Made by a program: the position numbers and the translations under genes
Notes under the pieces: model-generated
Databases searched by the model: none
Told to the model about the DNA's origin: nothing
What the model saw: only the letters and a program-made list of their open reading frames with translations
Shown here: positions 1-15,000 of the stretch, one piece after another
How the letters are laid out: each line of letters starts with the position of its first letter
Position numbering within the stretch: the first letter of the stretch is position 1
Assembly: GCA_964035545.1 (NCBI GenBank)
Contig: OZ037771.1
Coordinates: forward strand, 62,001-126,000
DNA length: 64,000 nt
Origin: Bugula neritina
Lineage: Eukaryota > Animalia > Bryozoa
Direction: 5' to 3'

Positions 1-3000
1 CTAGATCCGTCTGTAAGGCTTGACTCGCTGTCTCTTCGCTGTTCTAAGGCTATACGTCTAAAGTGTTGAATAACAAGTTAATAAACACTAGTAGAATCTG
101 TACTGCCGTAGTAGTAGTAGTAGTAGTAGTAGCAGTAGCACTAGTAGCAGTAGTAGTACTAGTAGTAGTAGTAGTACTAGTAGTAGTATTACTAGTACTA
201 CTACTACTAGTAGTACTAGTATTACTAGTAGTAGTACTAGTAGTACTACTACTAGTACTACTAGTAGTAGTACTACTAATATTAGTAGTAGTACTACTAA
301 TAGTAGTAGTAGTAGTACTAGTAGTACTACTACTAGTAGTAGTACTAGTAATAGTACTACTACTAGTAGTACTACTACTACTACTATTAGTAGTAGTACT
401 ACTAGTAGTACTACTAGTAGTAGTAGTACTAGTAGTACTAGTAGTACTACTACTACTAGTACTACTAGTACTACTACTAGTACTAGTAATAGTACTAGTA
501 GTAGTAGTACAGATTACACTTACTTATTCAACTCATCTATAGGAGTCTGTCGAAGGCAGCGTTGCTGAAGCTGACTTATAGGTGTTTCCTGTCTGTTGGC
601 ATCATAGCCACTATTCACAACTAAAGGACTTTGTCTGATTGCAGGGGACGGCATGGCAAAGCCCGGTGTCTGTGGACTATCTTTTGCTACGTGAGGTTTT
701 GGACTAAGTCTTAGTTGAAGTTTAGAGGTTTCTTGTCTCATGTGTTTTGGTATCATTTGCATTTCTATGTTATCTCCCTTTCTATATCCTGTAAAAGTAG
801 CATAGGGGTAATATAACAATAGCATATTGTATATTACATTATATACACATTACTATAACAGTAGCATATTGTATATTACATTATATACACATTACTATAA
901 CAGTAGCATATTCTATATTACATTATATACACATTACTATAATAATGGCATATTATATATTATATTATATACACATTACTATAACAGTAGCATATTATAT
1001 ATTACATTATATACACATTACTATAACAGTAGCATATTATATATTACATTATATACACATTACTATAATAATGGCATATTATATATTATATTATATACAC
1101 ATTACTATAACAGTAGCATATTATATATTACATTATATACACATTACTATAACAGTAGCATATTATATATTATATTATATACACATTACTATAACAGTAG
1201 CATATTATATATTACATTATATACACATTACTATAATAATGGCATATTATATATTACATTATATACACATTACTATAACAGTAGCATATTATATATTACA
1301 TTATATACACATTACTATAATAATGGCATATTATATATTACATTATATACACATTACTATAATAATGGCATATTATATATTACATTATATACACATTACT
1401 ATAACAGTAGCATATTATATATTACATTATATACACATTACTATAACAGTAGCATATTATATATTACATTATATACACATTACTATAACAGTAGCATATT
1501 GTATATTACATTATATACACAATACTATAACAGTAGCATATTGTATATTACATTATATACACATTACTATAACAATAGCATATTATATATTACATTATAT
1601 ACACATTACTATAATAATGGCATATTATATATTACATTATATACACATTACTATAACAATAGCATATTATATATTACATTATATACACATTACTATAATA
1701 ATGGCATATTATATATTACATTATATACACATTACTATAACAGTAGCATATTATATATTACATTATATACACAATACTATAACAGTAGCATATTGTATAT
1801 TACATTATATACACATTACTATAACAATAGCATATTATATATTACATTATATACACATTACTATAACAATAGCATATTATATATTACATTATATACACAT
1901 TACTATAACAGTAGCATATTATATATTATATTATATACACATTACTATAACAGTAGCATATTATATATTACATTATATACACATTACTATAATAATGGCA
2001 TATTATATATTACATTATATACACATTACTATAATAATGGCATATTATATATTACATTATATACACATTACTATAATAATGGCATATTATATATTACATT
2101 ATATACACATTACTATAACAGTAGCATATTATATATTACATTATATACACATTACTATAACAGTAGCATATTATATATTACATTATATACACATTACTAT
2201 AACAATAGCATATTATATATTACATTATATACACATTACTATAACAGTAGCATATTATATATTACATTATATACACATTACTATAACAATAGCATATTAT
2301 ATATTACATTATATACACATTACTATAACAGTAGCATATTATATATTATATTATATACACATTACTATAACAGTAGCATATTATATATTACATTATATAC
2401 ACATTACTATAACAGTAGCATATTATATATTACACTATATATACATTACTATAACAGTAGCATATTGTATATTACATTATATACACAATACTATAACAGT
2501 AGCATATTATATATTACATTATATACACATTACCCACCTTTATAGTATTTTCTGATATCAACATCAGATGGCGCTATGCTAGCAGACTCATCAAAGTCAT
2601 AGAACTGGTCTGTGTTATATTTTTCAGCAGCGTTGATCCCTCCAGTGACGCTGCCTTCTATGATGACAGTAGAGTCATCTAGCTGAGGGTAGGGGGACGG
2701 CAGGGTGCGTGAAGACTGCTGCCTCAAACCAGGCAGCGCAGGTGACATGTTGTTGAATACTCGAACACTGAAACAGTATTAGTGACTGCAGACTGTATAC
2801 TCAGACTACACACTGTATACTCAGACTAGACACTGTATACTCAGACTACACACTGTATACTCAGACTAGACACTGTATACTCAGACTACACACTGTATAC
2901 TCAGACTACACACTGTATACTCAGACTACACACTGTATACTCAGACTACACACTGTATACTCAGACTACGCACTGTATACTCAGACTACACACTGTATAC

Positions 3001-6000
3001 TCAGACTACACACTGTACACTCAGACTACACACTGTATACTCAGACTACACACTGTATACTCAGACTGCGCACTGTATACTCAGACTACGCACTGTATAC
3101 TCAGACTACACACTGTATACTCAGACTACACACTGTATACTCAGACTACATACTGTATACTCAGACTACACACTGTATACTCAGACTACACGCTGTATAC
3201 TCAGACTACACACTGTATACTCAGACTACATACTGTATACTCAGACTACAGACTGTATACTCAGACTACACACTGTATACTCAGACTACACTTACTCGGG
3301 ATGCTCACTAGCCAAGATATCTGCGTCAGTGAGGTTATCAAGACCCCCTGATGTTTCGTTGCTCTTGCTGAACTGAGGGGTAATGATGGGCAGTGAGCCC
3401 TTCATTGTACCAGAGGACTTCCTGTCAGGTTTCAGTCTGCGACAGCCGTAGACGGTGACCAGGACGACTGCCAGGACAAACACCACCGAGCCAACAATGA
3501 TGACCGCCCACATCCACGGCTTTATTGACTGCTTGGAGGTGTTTGTTCCCTCCATTTGGATACAAGCAGCTGCAATACAGTGCAATATAATGCAATATAA
3601 TACAATATAATACAATATAATATAATACAATATAATGCAATATAATACAATATAATACAATACAATATAATACAATACAATATAATATAATGCAATATAA
3701 TACAATACAATACAATATAATACAATATAATACAATATAATATAATACAATGCAATGCAATATAATACAATACAATACAATATAATATAATACAATGCAA
3801 TATAATACAATACAATATAATATAATACAATACAATATAATACAATACAATACAATATAATACAATGCAATATAATATAATACAATATAATACAATACAA
3901 TATAATACAATACAATGCAATATAATACAATGCAATATAATACAATATAATACAATGCAATATAATATAATACAATACAATATAATACAATACAATGCAA
4001 TATAATACAATGCAATATACTACAATATAATACAATACAATATAATACAATACAATATAATACAATACAATACAATACGATACAATACAGGAATTCTCCC
4101 ACAACATTGCAGTATCAACACATACTAGGAGATGAAACACTAATATGTTAGTTGATGTCATAACATACACTTACCGCTCACAGCATCGCAAGCCTTTCCT
4201 TGCCCACAAATATCAACAGTGAGTGGACATCCATCACATCCGGCCACAACCTGGTCAGCATTTGACACGGAAATAGCAAACTTATCTGTAACGGCAGCAG
4301 ACATTGGCAGCCGATCTCCATTGATTATCAGATCAGAGATACAACCTGAAGTAGAGACAGAGATATAACTTGAAGTAGAGACAGAGAGACAACTTGAAGT
4401 AGAGACAGAGATATAACTTGAAGTATAGACAGAGGTATAACTTGAAGTAGAGACAGAGATATAACTTGAAGTAGAGACAGAGATATAACTTGAAGTAGAG
4501 ACAGAGAGATAACTTGAAGTAGAGACAGAGATATAACTTGAAGTAGAGACAGAGATATAACTTGAAGTAGAGACAGAGATATAACTTGAAGTAGAGACAG
4601 AGATATAACTTGAAGTAGAGACAGAGATATAACCTGAAGTAGAGATAGAGATATAACTTGAAGTAGAGATAGAGATATAACTTGAAGTAGAGACAGAGAT
4701 ATAACTTGAAGTAGAGACAGAGAGACAACTTGAAGTAGAGACAGAGATATAACTTGAAGTATAGACAGAGGTATAACTTGAAGTAGAGACAGAGATATAA
4801 CTTGAAGTAGAGACAGAGATATAACTTGAAGTAGAGACAGAGATATAACTTGAAGTAGAGACAGAGATATAACCTGAAGTAGAGACAGAGATATAACTTG
4901 AAGTAGAGACAGAGATATAACTTGAAGTAGAGACAGAGATATAACTTGAAGTAGAGACAGAGAGACAACTTGAAGAAGAGACAGAGAGACAACTTGAAGT
5001 AGAGACAGAGATATAACTTGAAGTAGAGACAGAGAGATAACTTGAAGTAGAGACAGAGAGACAACTTGAAGTATAGACAGAGAGACAACTTGAAGTAGAG
5101 ACAGAGATATAACTTGAAGTAGAGACAGAGATCCAACTTGAAGTAGAGACAGAGAGACAACTTGAAGTAGAGACAGAGAGACAACATAAAGTAGAGACAG
5201 AAGGTGAATACGCGGCAGATAGTACTGAGAAGTCTGAGGTGGACAATGACCTCTCTACATACCTTGATACACGTCAGCAATGATAATCTGGGACACAGTG
5301 TAGAGATCAAGGAAGTCGTGAGGAGCAGAGGAGTTGTCTGCGGCCACTTTACCATCAACTGAGAGCAGAGTGGACGTGTCTGTCACAACCAAAGAGATGT
5401 CATGCCATTTACCATCTGTCACTGTCGTCTCTGCATTTGTCACACTTCCATACACGACTAATCCATCTTGCAACTTCAACTCTCTGTTGGCAGAGTACGG
5501 AATAGTTGACATGACTACCCCGTCCACTCCAGTTCTTACTCGCACACTCAGTCTACTACTATCAGCCGTAATTTGTCTCTTTATTCGTGATGAGGGCGTT
5601 TTCAGCAGTTGATCTCTGCGATAACTCTCCAGGTATTTGTATATGAAGGCAGATGACTGGCTGACGGAGACATCTGTGTCTATCAGAGCTGAAACATACA
5701 TACACTGTATAGATAACTAACGTACCTTCAGTACAAGAGAGCTGGTACTATGCAGAGAACTAACGTACCTTCAGTACAAGAGAGCTGGTACTATACAGAT
5801 AACTAACGTACCTTCAGTACAAGAGAGCTGGTACTATACAGATAACTAACGTACCTTCAGTACAAGAGAGCTGGTACTATACAGATAACTAACGTACCTT
5901 CAGTGCAAGAGAGCTGGGAGTAGAAATTAGGGCAGGCACAGAGAGTAGAGAACCAATCAGCTCGGCATTCATTCTCCTCTCCACACAAGGAGCTGCAGTG

Positions 6001-9000
6001 AGACGCTGGCTGAGGACAAGTGTTCCTTACATTGAAGGTGCTCTGTGAGTCCTCTATTGTGATTGGACGGCCATCTATTTGTAGGTCACCGATACAGCCA
6101 ATGAATGTTGCTGAGGATAACACAGATCTGAATTGAAGGACCGTGTCTATAGCGGCTGTACCTACAGAATAGAGTAAACAGGTATACTATAGAGTACACA
6201 GGTATACTATACTATACACAGGTATACTACAGAGTACACAGGTATACTATAGAGTACACAGGTATACTATAGAGTACACAGGTATACTATAGAGTACACA
6301 GGTATACTATAGAGTACACAGGTATACTATAGAGTACACAGGTATACTATAGAGTACACAGGTATACTATAGAGTACACAGGTATACTATAGAGTACACA
6401 GGTATACTATAGAGTACACAGGTATACTATAGAGTACACAGGTATACTATAGAGTACACGGGTATACTATAGAGTACACAGGTATACTACAGAGTACACA
6501 GGTATACTATACTATACACAGGTATACTATAGAGTACACAGGTATACTACAGAGTACACAGGTATACTATAGAGTACACAAGTATACTATAGAGTACACA
6601 GGTATACTATACTATACACAGGTATACTATAGAGTACACAGGTATACTATAGAGTACACAGGTATACTATAGAGTACACAGGTATACTATACTATACACA
6701 GGTATACTATAGAGTACACAGGTATACTATACTATACACAGGTATACTATAGAGTACACAGGTATACTATAGAGTACACAGGTATACTATAGAGTACACA
6801 GGTATACTATACCTGCAATGTAGAGAGGATGTGAGCTGGTCGTAAGATCTCCGAGCCCCTGGTTGAGTGAGACGCTACTGTAACAGTCCACCTGCTTATT
6901 ACAGGGTGTGGAGCATTCTGAGGCCGACTTGCAGAACACAACCTCTAGAGTAGCTTCAGTAGAGGTCCGTGTAGCGTGTATTCTATACCAGCTTCCGGAG
7001 GCCACAGTCTACAACACACACTGTCACATGACTTGCTAGTCTGAGTAGTTGGTAACCTAGCAACAGTCTACAACACACACTGTCACATGACTTGCTAGTC
7101 TGAGTAGTTGGTAACCTAGCAACAGTCTACAACACACACTGTCACATGACTTGCTAGTCTGAGTAGTTGGTAACCTAGCAACAGTCTACAACACACACTG
7201 TCACGTGACTTGCTAGTCTGAGTGGGTAGTAACCTAGCAACAGTTTACAACACACACTGTCACATGACTTGCCAGTCTGAGTAGTTGGTAACCTAGCAAC
7301 AGTCTACAACACACACTGTCACATGACTTGCTAATCTGAGTGGGTGGTAACCTAGCAACAGTCTACAACACACACTGTCACATGACTTGCCAGTCTGAGT
7401 AGTTGGTAACCTAGCAACAGTCTACAACACACACTGTCACATGACTTGCTAGTCTGAGTAGTTGGTAACCTAGCAACAGTCTACAACACACACTGTCACA
7501 TGACTTGCTAGTCTGAGTAGTTGGTAACCTAGCAACAGTCTACAACACACACTGTCACATGACTTGCTAGTCTGAATTGTGCTCTTCATACACTGGAGAT
7601 GGTTGACTCAATGGGTTTACCTTAGAAACTGTGACCCCGCTTTGACCTTGATCAGCCCTGAAGGTGAAGGTTACGCTGCCATCAGAGATCTGAAGAGCTA
7701 GGAACTGGGAGTCTACTCCTTGCTGGAACAGGAGTAAAGCGTTCATACTCTTAGTTGCCAAGGTCATCTTAATGTCATTCAAATCAAAGCTCTCAGATGG
7801 CAGCTGCATATACGAGCCATCTTGAAATCCGAAGCTGGACTCATTACAGAGCAGCCCGTAGTATCCATATGCACAGTTACACTGGTATCCTCCAGTGGGT
7901 AAATCTGTAACCAATTGGCAGTAATTATATAGTATAACATATATTACAGTATAGCATATATAGCACATAGTATGGGTGTAATATATATTACAGCATAGCA
8001 TATACAGCATATAGTATGAGTGTAATATATATTACAGTATAGCATATACAGCATATAGTATGGGTGTAATATATATTACAGCATAGAATATATAGCATAT
8101 AGTATAGGTGTAATATATATTACAGCATAGAATATATAGCATATAGTATGGGTACGACACACTCACCAACACACGTAGCTGTCTGATGACAAGGATTTCT
8201 GGTCTCACATCTGATTCTCTCCTCACACCTCACACCACGGTAATGCTCTGTACATGCACACTGGAAGGATCCCTCCACGTTGGTACAGCTGCCTCCATTT
8301 AGACATGTGTCCGGGTCCAGACATTCATCAACATCTTCCTCGCACTGAGCTCCCTGCCAGAACTCTGTGCAAACACACTGGAAGTCTGACTCCCCCACTG
8401 GAAGACATCGAGCGCCGTGCATGCAGGGTGAGCTGATGCAGGCTTTAGCCTCGTCACTGCAGCTCTCCCCGATGTACTGCGGCTCACAGACGCAGAGTGG
8501 CTGCAGAGAGGCGAGTTGGTAGGTGAGGGTAAGAGATGCGGTAGACGTGTAGTCTAGCTGGTCAAACACCACCACCTGTGAGCGACAGTCACCATTGCCG
8601 GAGCAGCTGGCCACTGTGCACACATTCCTGCGGGAGGTGGAGACGGTGACACCACTCTTCCTTGATATGGCTTCCTTGTTGGCAGAGAGGAGAGAGGCTA
8701 AGGAGGTGGATGGTGAGCCATCAGCAGCCTCCAGCACAAGGTAGAGGTCAATGTAATTCCCTGTGGATCTCATTGACAGTAATCTAACACTCTCACCGTT
8801 GAAAGTGAACTCTTCAACACTGGAGATGAACAACTCGGAGAGTTTAACAAACTCCTCGGCGCTAACATCAGATACTCGGGTCACAATAGCGGAGTCTAGA
8901 GTGCGATTAGTGTACGGTTTGACTTTGACATTCACAGTTGACTGCACAGTGTTATGAACACCGTCATGTCCATTAACGGTGAGAGACGTGTCTGATTTGA

Positions 9001-12000
9001 GATCTCTAGCTAGAAGTTGACAGCCAGCCCCTGGGTAAGTAAATGGACAATAGTGAGTACACAGTGAGTACACAGTGAGTGTATAGTGAGTGTATAATGA
9101 GTACACAGTGAGTATACAGTGAGTACACAGTGAGTATACAGTGAGTACACAGTGAGTACACAGTGAGTATACAGTGAGTACATAGTGAGTATACAGTGAG
9201 TATACAGTGAGTATACAGTGAGTATACAGTGAGTATATAGTGAGTACACAGTGAGTACACAGTGAGTACACAATGAGTACACAGTGAGTACACACGCACC
9301 AGGAAGAGAGAAGACAGGATGTGAGGAAATGCTACAAGAATAGTCGCCAACCACGTCAACGTCTAGAGGCTCTACGCTAGCCACAGCACCATCAACGTAG
9401 GGGCCATAACTCTGTATGACTACAGTCAGGTCCCTCGGCTCAGACGGCTCATCGTTCTCATCCTCTACGTTCACCTGAACACAAAGTACACGTCATCTAC
9501 CTTTCTGTCTTACAAACACGGCATCATTACCCTCATTCCACCTTCACAACAGTGTACAGAGGGCAGTACACATCACATGTTGGAGATAGACTCACCTTTG
9601 CTGTCAGCTGTGATGTGCGACCACCGCTGTCAGTTACGTCTACTGTAAGAGAGTAAGACTTGGTCACTTCATAGTCAAAGAGCAGGTTCTTAGTGAACAC
9701 TGTGCCTGAGTTCTGGTTGATGTAGAAGTGCGGTGAGTTGAGACTGTAGGTGTACGGCCCCTGTATGTCACATATATATTATCATAATATACTGTCATCT
9801 CATAACTCTGGTTTCATGTAATAAAGACCGAGCTGAATAAAAGTAAAGACCTGATTGGGAGGAATGTCATCATCATATGTCATGGAGCTGAGTCTAAGAA
9901 CTGGAGTGTCGGCCTCAGCTCCTTCGACAACTGAGCCCTCCGGTGTGGGGGGTAAGAAGTAGGGAGACTCATCATTCACATCAGTGACGTGTACATGAAC
10001 TATGGCTTGTCCGGTGAGAGGGGGACGACCCTGATCTATAGCCTGGGCTACCAACATGTACTCATTCTTTTCCTCTCTGTCCAATGAGCCTATATAAATC
10101 AGTTGATATACATCACATACAATACTATACTACATTATATTATACTATATTATATTATACTATATTATATTATATTATACTATGTTATATTATATCATAC
10201 TATACTATATTATATTATATTATATCATACTATAATATTATATTATTATCAGACTCACGAGTGGTGGAGATACGTCCATTGTCAGAGTCTATAGAGAACT
10301 GGCCAAAATCATCCTCCAGAGCATAGCTGAACTTCCTGTTATTAGCCTGCTGGTCAGAGTCAGTGGCAGAGACGGTCAATATATAAACTGCGGGCTGTTG
10401 ATTTTCCCCCACTGAGCCATTATAGGTCAGCTGGTTGAACCGGGGGCTATCATTAGCATCATCTAGATTTATCCATATCGTCGCCGTATCTGTATCATTC
10501 CCTGTCAGAACAGTTAGTAACAATATAATATGTTATACAATACAATATAATATAATATAATATACTACAATATAATATAATATAATATACTACAATATAA
10601 TATAATACATAATATAATATAATGCACTGATATTTATACATAGCCTACCTTTCACAGGTCCGGGATTTTTCACCAGAGCATGCAGTATTACGGTTGCCAC
10701 ACTTTCCCGATCTAATATTTCTGCCACTGTCAGTCTCCCGGTGGTTATGTCGAGAGAGAATCCCTTCTCGTTGCTCTCCCCAGTAAGTATGTACAGGAGC
10801 TGACCGTCTGCCCCTTCATCCTCGTCAGTCGCTGTCAGGTCTCCCAACACATGTCCAACTTGAGCTGATTCACTGACGTCAAATGTGTACGTCTTCTGCA
10901 GAACATATACAGAGCATATAGTAATATACAGAGCATATAGTAATATACAGAGCATATAGTAATATACAGAGCATATAGTAATATACAGAGCATATAGTAA
11001 TATACAGAGCATATAGTAATATACAGAGCATGTAGTAATATACAGAGCATATAGTAATATACAGAGCATATAGTAATATACAGAGCATATAGTAATATAC
11101 AGAGCATGTAGTAATATACAGAGCATATAGTAATATACAGAGCATATACATATAGTAATATACAGAGCATATACATATAGTAATATACAGAGCATATAGT
11201 AATATACAGAGCATATACTAGTACGTATAATACCATTATGTAACAGCTGATAAAACATACCTGTATGAATTTGGGTGAATATTCGTTGACTCCTCTCACA
11301 TAAACAGTAAGCAGAGCTGTACTAGTATATGCACTACTTTTAGGATTCACTGCTTTCACTGAGAGTCTGTATTCACTGCTCTCTTCATAGTCAAACACTG
11401 TTTTAGCAATGATCTCTCCGGACACACTGTCTATACTGAATAGTCTGTGGGACGAGCCATCCTCAATGATTGAGTATCTGAAAAAGTGACAGTAGTGCTA
11501 GTAGTAGTGACAGTAGTGCTAGTAGTAGTGCTAGTAGTAGTGACAGTAGTGCTAGTAGTAGTGACAGTAGTGCTAGTAGTAGTGACAGTAGTGCTAGTAG
11601 TAGTATATGCCTACCTTACAATGCCATTATCACCCTCGTCAGCGTCAACAGCGCTGACCTTGGTAACAAAGGAGTCAGGGTCAGAATTCTCAGAGAGGTA
11701 CGCAGTATAAGAGCTGGAGGTGAAGACTGGAGGATTGTCATCCGTGTCAAGGACATTGAGGGTTAGTACTGTGTATATCTTCTCAGGGTAGAACGCTTTG
11801 TCTTGTGCTCTCAGTGTAACCTGGTGCTGTGTTGATTTCTCGTAATCTATTAGTGAGGGATATATTACACAGACAGTGTATTCTCTCGTAATCTATTAGT
11901 GAAGGATATATTACACAGACAGTGTACTCTCTCGTAATCTATTAGTGAAGGATACATTACACAGACAGTGTACTTTCTCGTAATCTATTAGTGAGGGATA

Positions 12001-15000
12001 TATTACACAGACAGTATATTCTCTTGTAATCTATTAGTGAGGGATATATTACACAGACAGTGTACTCTCTCGTAATCTATTAGTGAGGGATATATTACAC
12101 AGACAGTGTACTCTCTCGTAATCTATTAGTGAGGGATATATTACACAGACAGTATATTCTCTCGTAATCTATTAGTGAGGGATATATTACACAGACAGTG
12201 TACTCTCTCGTAATCTATTAGTGAGGGATATATTACACAGACAGTATATTCTCTCGTAATCTATTAGTGAGGGATATATTACACAGACAGTGTACTCTCT
12301 CGTAATCTATTAGTGAGGGATATATTACACAGACATACCCAGAGCCTTAGAGAGGATGATTTGTCCAGTCTGAGGGTCAATACTCAACAAGTCAGCATCA
12401 TGGCTGCCAGAGACTATGGAGTAGATAATAGCAGAGTTGATGCCTTCATCCGAGTCCCCTGCTCTAACTACAGCTATCTCGTAGCCTGCTTCCTCACTCT
12501 CCGATACATCATATTCCAGGGGCGTTGGTGTCACCCACTATATATACAGTCAGTAGGACAGTATTCATACACTATATAACACCTACACTATACACACACC
12601 TATACATGTATGTATATCATGTAATATAAAGTATTTGAGTCTTACCCGAGGAGAGAACCTGTTCTCTGGAGTTATGAGTACAGTAACAGTCACATGACTC
12701 GACTGAACTGGCTGCCCGTGATCAGCTGCTTGTAGAGTCAGCGTGCGGTACTCGCCTGTTTTACCAACCACAGACTTGCTGACAGACACTTTCCCGGTGC
12801 TGCCTTCTACTTTAAACAGGGAGCTGCCATTCCCCCCGACTATAGAGTAGGAGACTAGGGCGTTGTCATGGTAGTCGACATTGTCAGCAGCGTTTACAGT
12901 CACCACCTCAGTATCCAGCGCAATGTCATCAGGAACAGCTGTCAAAATATAGCAGTGTGCTGTAGGTAGATACAGTGTGCTGTAGGTAGATACAGCGTAC
13001 TGTAGGTAGATACAGTGTGCTGTAGGTAGATACAGTGTGCTGTAGGTAGATACAGCGTACTGTAGGTAGATACAGTGTGCTGTAGGTAGATACAGTGTGC
13101 TGTAGGTAGATACAGTGTGCTGTAGGTAGATACAGTGTGCTGTAGGTAGATACGGTGTGCTGTAGGTAGATACAGTGTACTGTAGGTAGATACAGTGTGC
13201 TGTAGGTAGATACAGTGTACTGTATGTAGATACAGTGTGCTGCAGGTAGATACAGTGTGCTGTAGGTAGATACAGTGTGCTGCAGGTAGATACACTAAGC
13301 TAGGTGCTAGGTGGTAGGTGCTAGGTGGTAGGTGCTAGGTGGTAGGTGCTAGGTGGTAGGTGGTAGGTGCTAGGTGGTGGTACAGGGAAGAAATTAACAC
13401 TCACCAACAAAGTAACTGGTCTGTGAGAACTGCGGGGCGTGATCATTAGCATCCACTATAGAAATGTTTACTAGGGCTACGGCTGTGTGGCTGGGCACCC
13501 CGTGATCCCGTGCCTCAACATGGAGCATGTAAGAATTGTGGATCTCAGTGACATCAAACTCAAGGACATCCTTAGACTTAATTTCCCCCGTCATCGGGTC
13601 TATGAGAAAGAAGGAGCTGGGGCTAACGAGTTGATACTTTACCTGCAAGCAGTGTAACCATACAATACTATACTCATACAGTGTAACCATACAATACTAG
13701 ACTCATACAGTGTAACCATACAATACTAGACTCATACAGTGTAACCATACAATACTAGACTCATACAGTGTAACCATACAATACTATACTCATACAGTGT
13801 AACCATACAATACTAGACTCATACAGTGTAACCATACAATACTAGACTCATACAGTGTAACCATACAATACTATACTCATACAGTGTAACCATACAATAC
13901 TATACTCATACAGTGTAACCATACAATACTATACTCATAACGTAGTGTCAGACTAACCAGGGAGTTGGGTCCCTCCTCGTCCTCATCCTGTGTGTGGAGT
14001 TGTCCCACTACTGAGCCGACTGGCTGCTGCTCAGTGAAAGTAAAACTGTATGTTGGAGACGGGAGGAATTCTGGGGCATTATCGTTAACATCCGTCACCT
14101 GCAGTATATTGCTTTAATATAATACAATATAATACAGTATAACATAGTATAATACAATATAACATAATATAATATAACACAATATAACACAGTATAACAT
14201 AATATAACACAGTATAACACAATATAAAACAAGACAATAGACTACACAGCACCTGTATCTGTATGGTTGTAGAACCAGATATTCCATTCTCTCCTTGCAC
14301 ATTCTTAGCACTGACCACCACCTCATAGCTACTCACATTCTCTCTATCTAGTTTGGCTGTCAGAGTGACGTTACCGCTAGGAGTAATAGCGAAGTGGGAA
14401 CTTGGGCTATGCATTGAGTATAAAATCTCAGCATTTATTCCCACGTCTGCGTCTGTGGCGCTGACAGAGGAGATGATGCTGCCTACCAGCATATCCTCAG
14501 CAACACTCCATCTGTAGGCAGAGTCAAACCTGGGGAACATGTCGTTGATATCCTCCACGTTGACAATGACTATGGTGGTGGATGTGAGCCCTCCCCCGTC
14601 ACTAGCCTGTATAAGTAAGGAGTACCTGGCTATTCTCTCTCTGTCCAAGCTCTTAGTTCTCACCAGAGAGCCGTCTGGCTCCAGAATGAAAGGGTCGTCC
14701 ACGTTGCCAGACAGCAGGCTGTAGGTGACGGTGCCGTTCACACCAGAGTCCCTGTCTGTGGCTGTCACCTTGAGAAGGAGTCCTGCGTCAAACACATTCT
14801 CCTCCTCCACAACAGACACCACGTACAGAGCTTGCTCAAACTCCGGAGTGTGATTGTTCTCATCTGCTACCATGATTACCAGCTTCTCATACGACTTCGC
14901 CTCAGTGCTCACATCTCTCGCCTCTATCCAGAGGTCAAATGTCGGGGTGAGCGAGTAATCTAGAGGTCTAGTAAGAAGGAGTTGCCCGTCCACCCCTACC

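Noticed and set aside
63-542. Poly-Val/Leu ORF suggesting a membrane protein
   Set aside because: It is a trinucleotide repeat antisense to a FAT4 intron.
827-2555. Long Y/I/L/T-rich ORFs (also 27358-29601, 35744-37601, 3292-4170, 51221-51968 and others)
   Set aside because: They are translations of tandem repeats, open in several frames, and lie inside GT-AG introns or a 3' flank.
6162-6812. Introner-type transposon origin of the introns
   Set aside because: Introns share no sequence family, terminal inverted repeats or consistent target duplications.
7004-7574. CRISPR-like appearance of regular repeats
   Set aside because: Units are head-to-tail with no unique spacers, there are no cas genes, and the context is eukaryotic.
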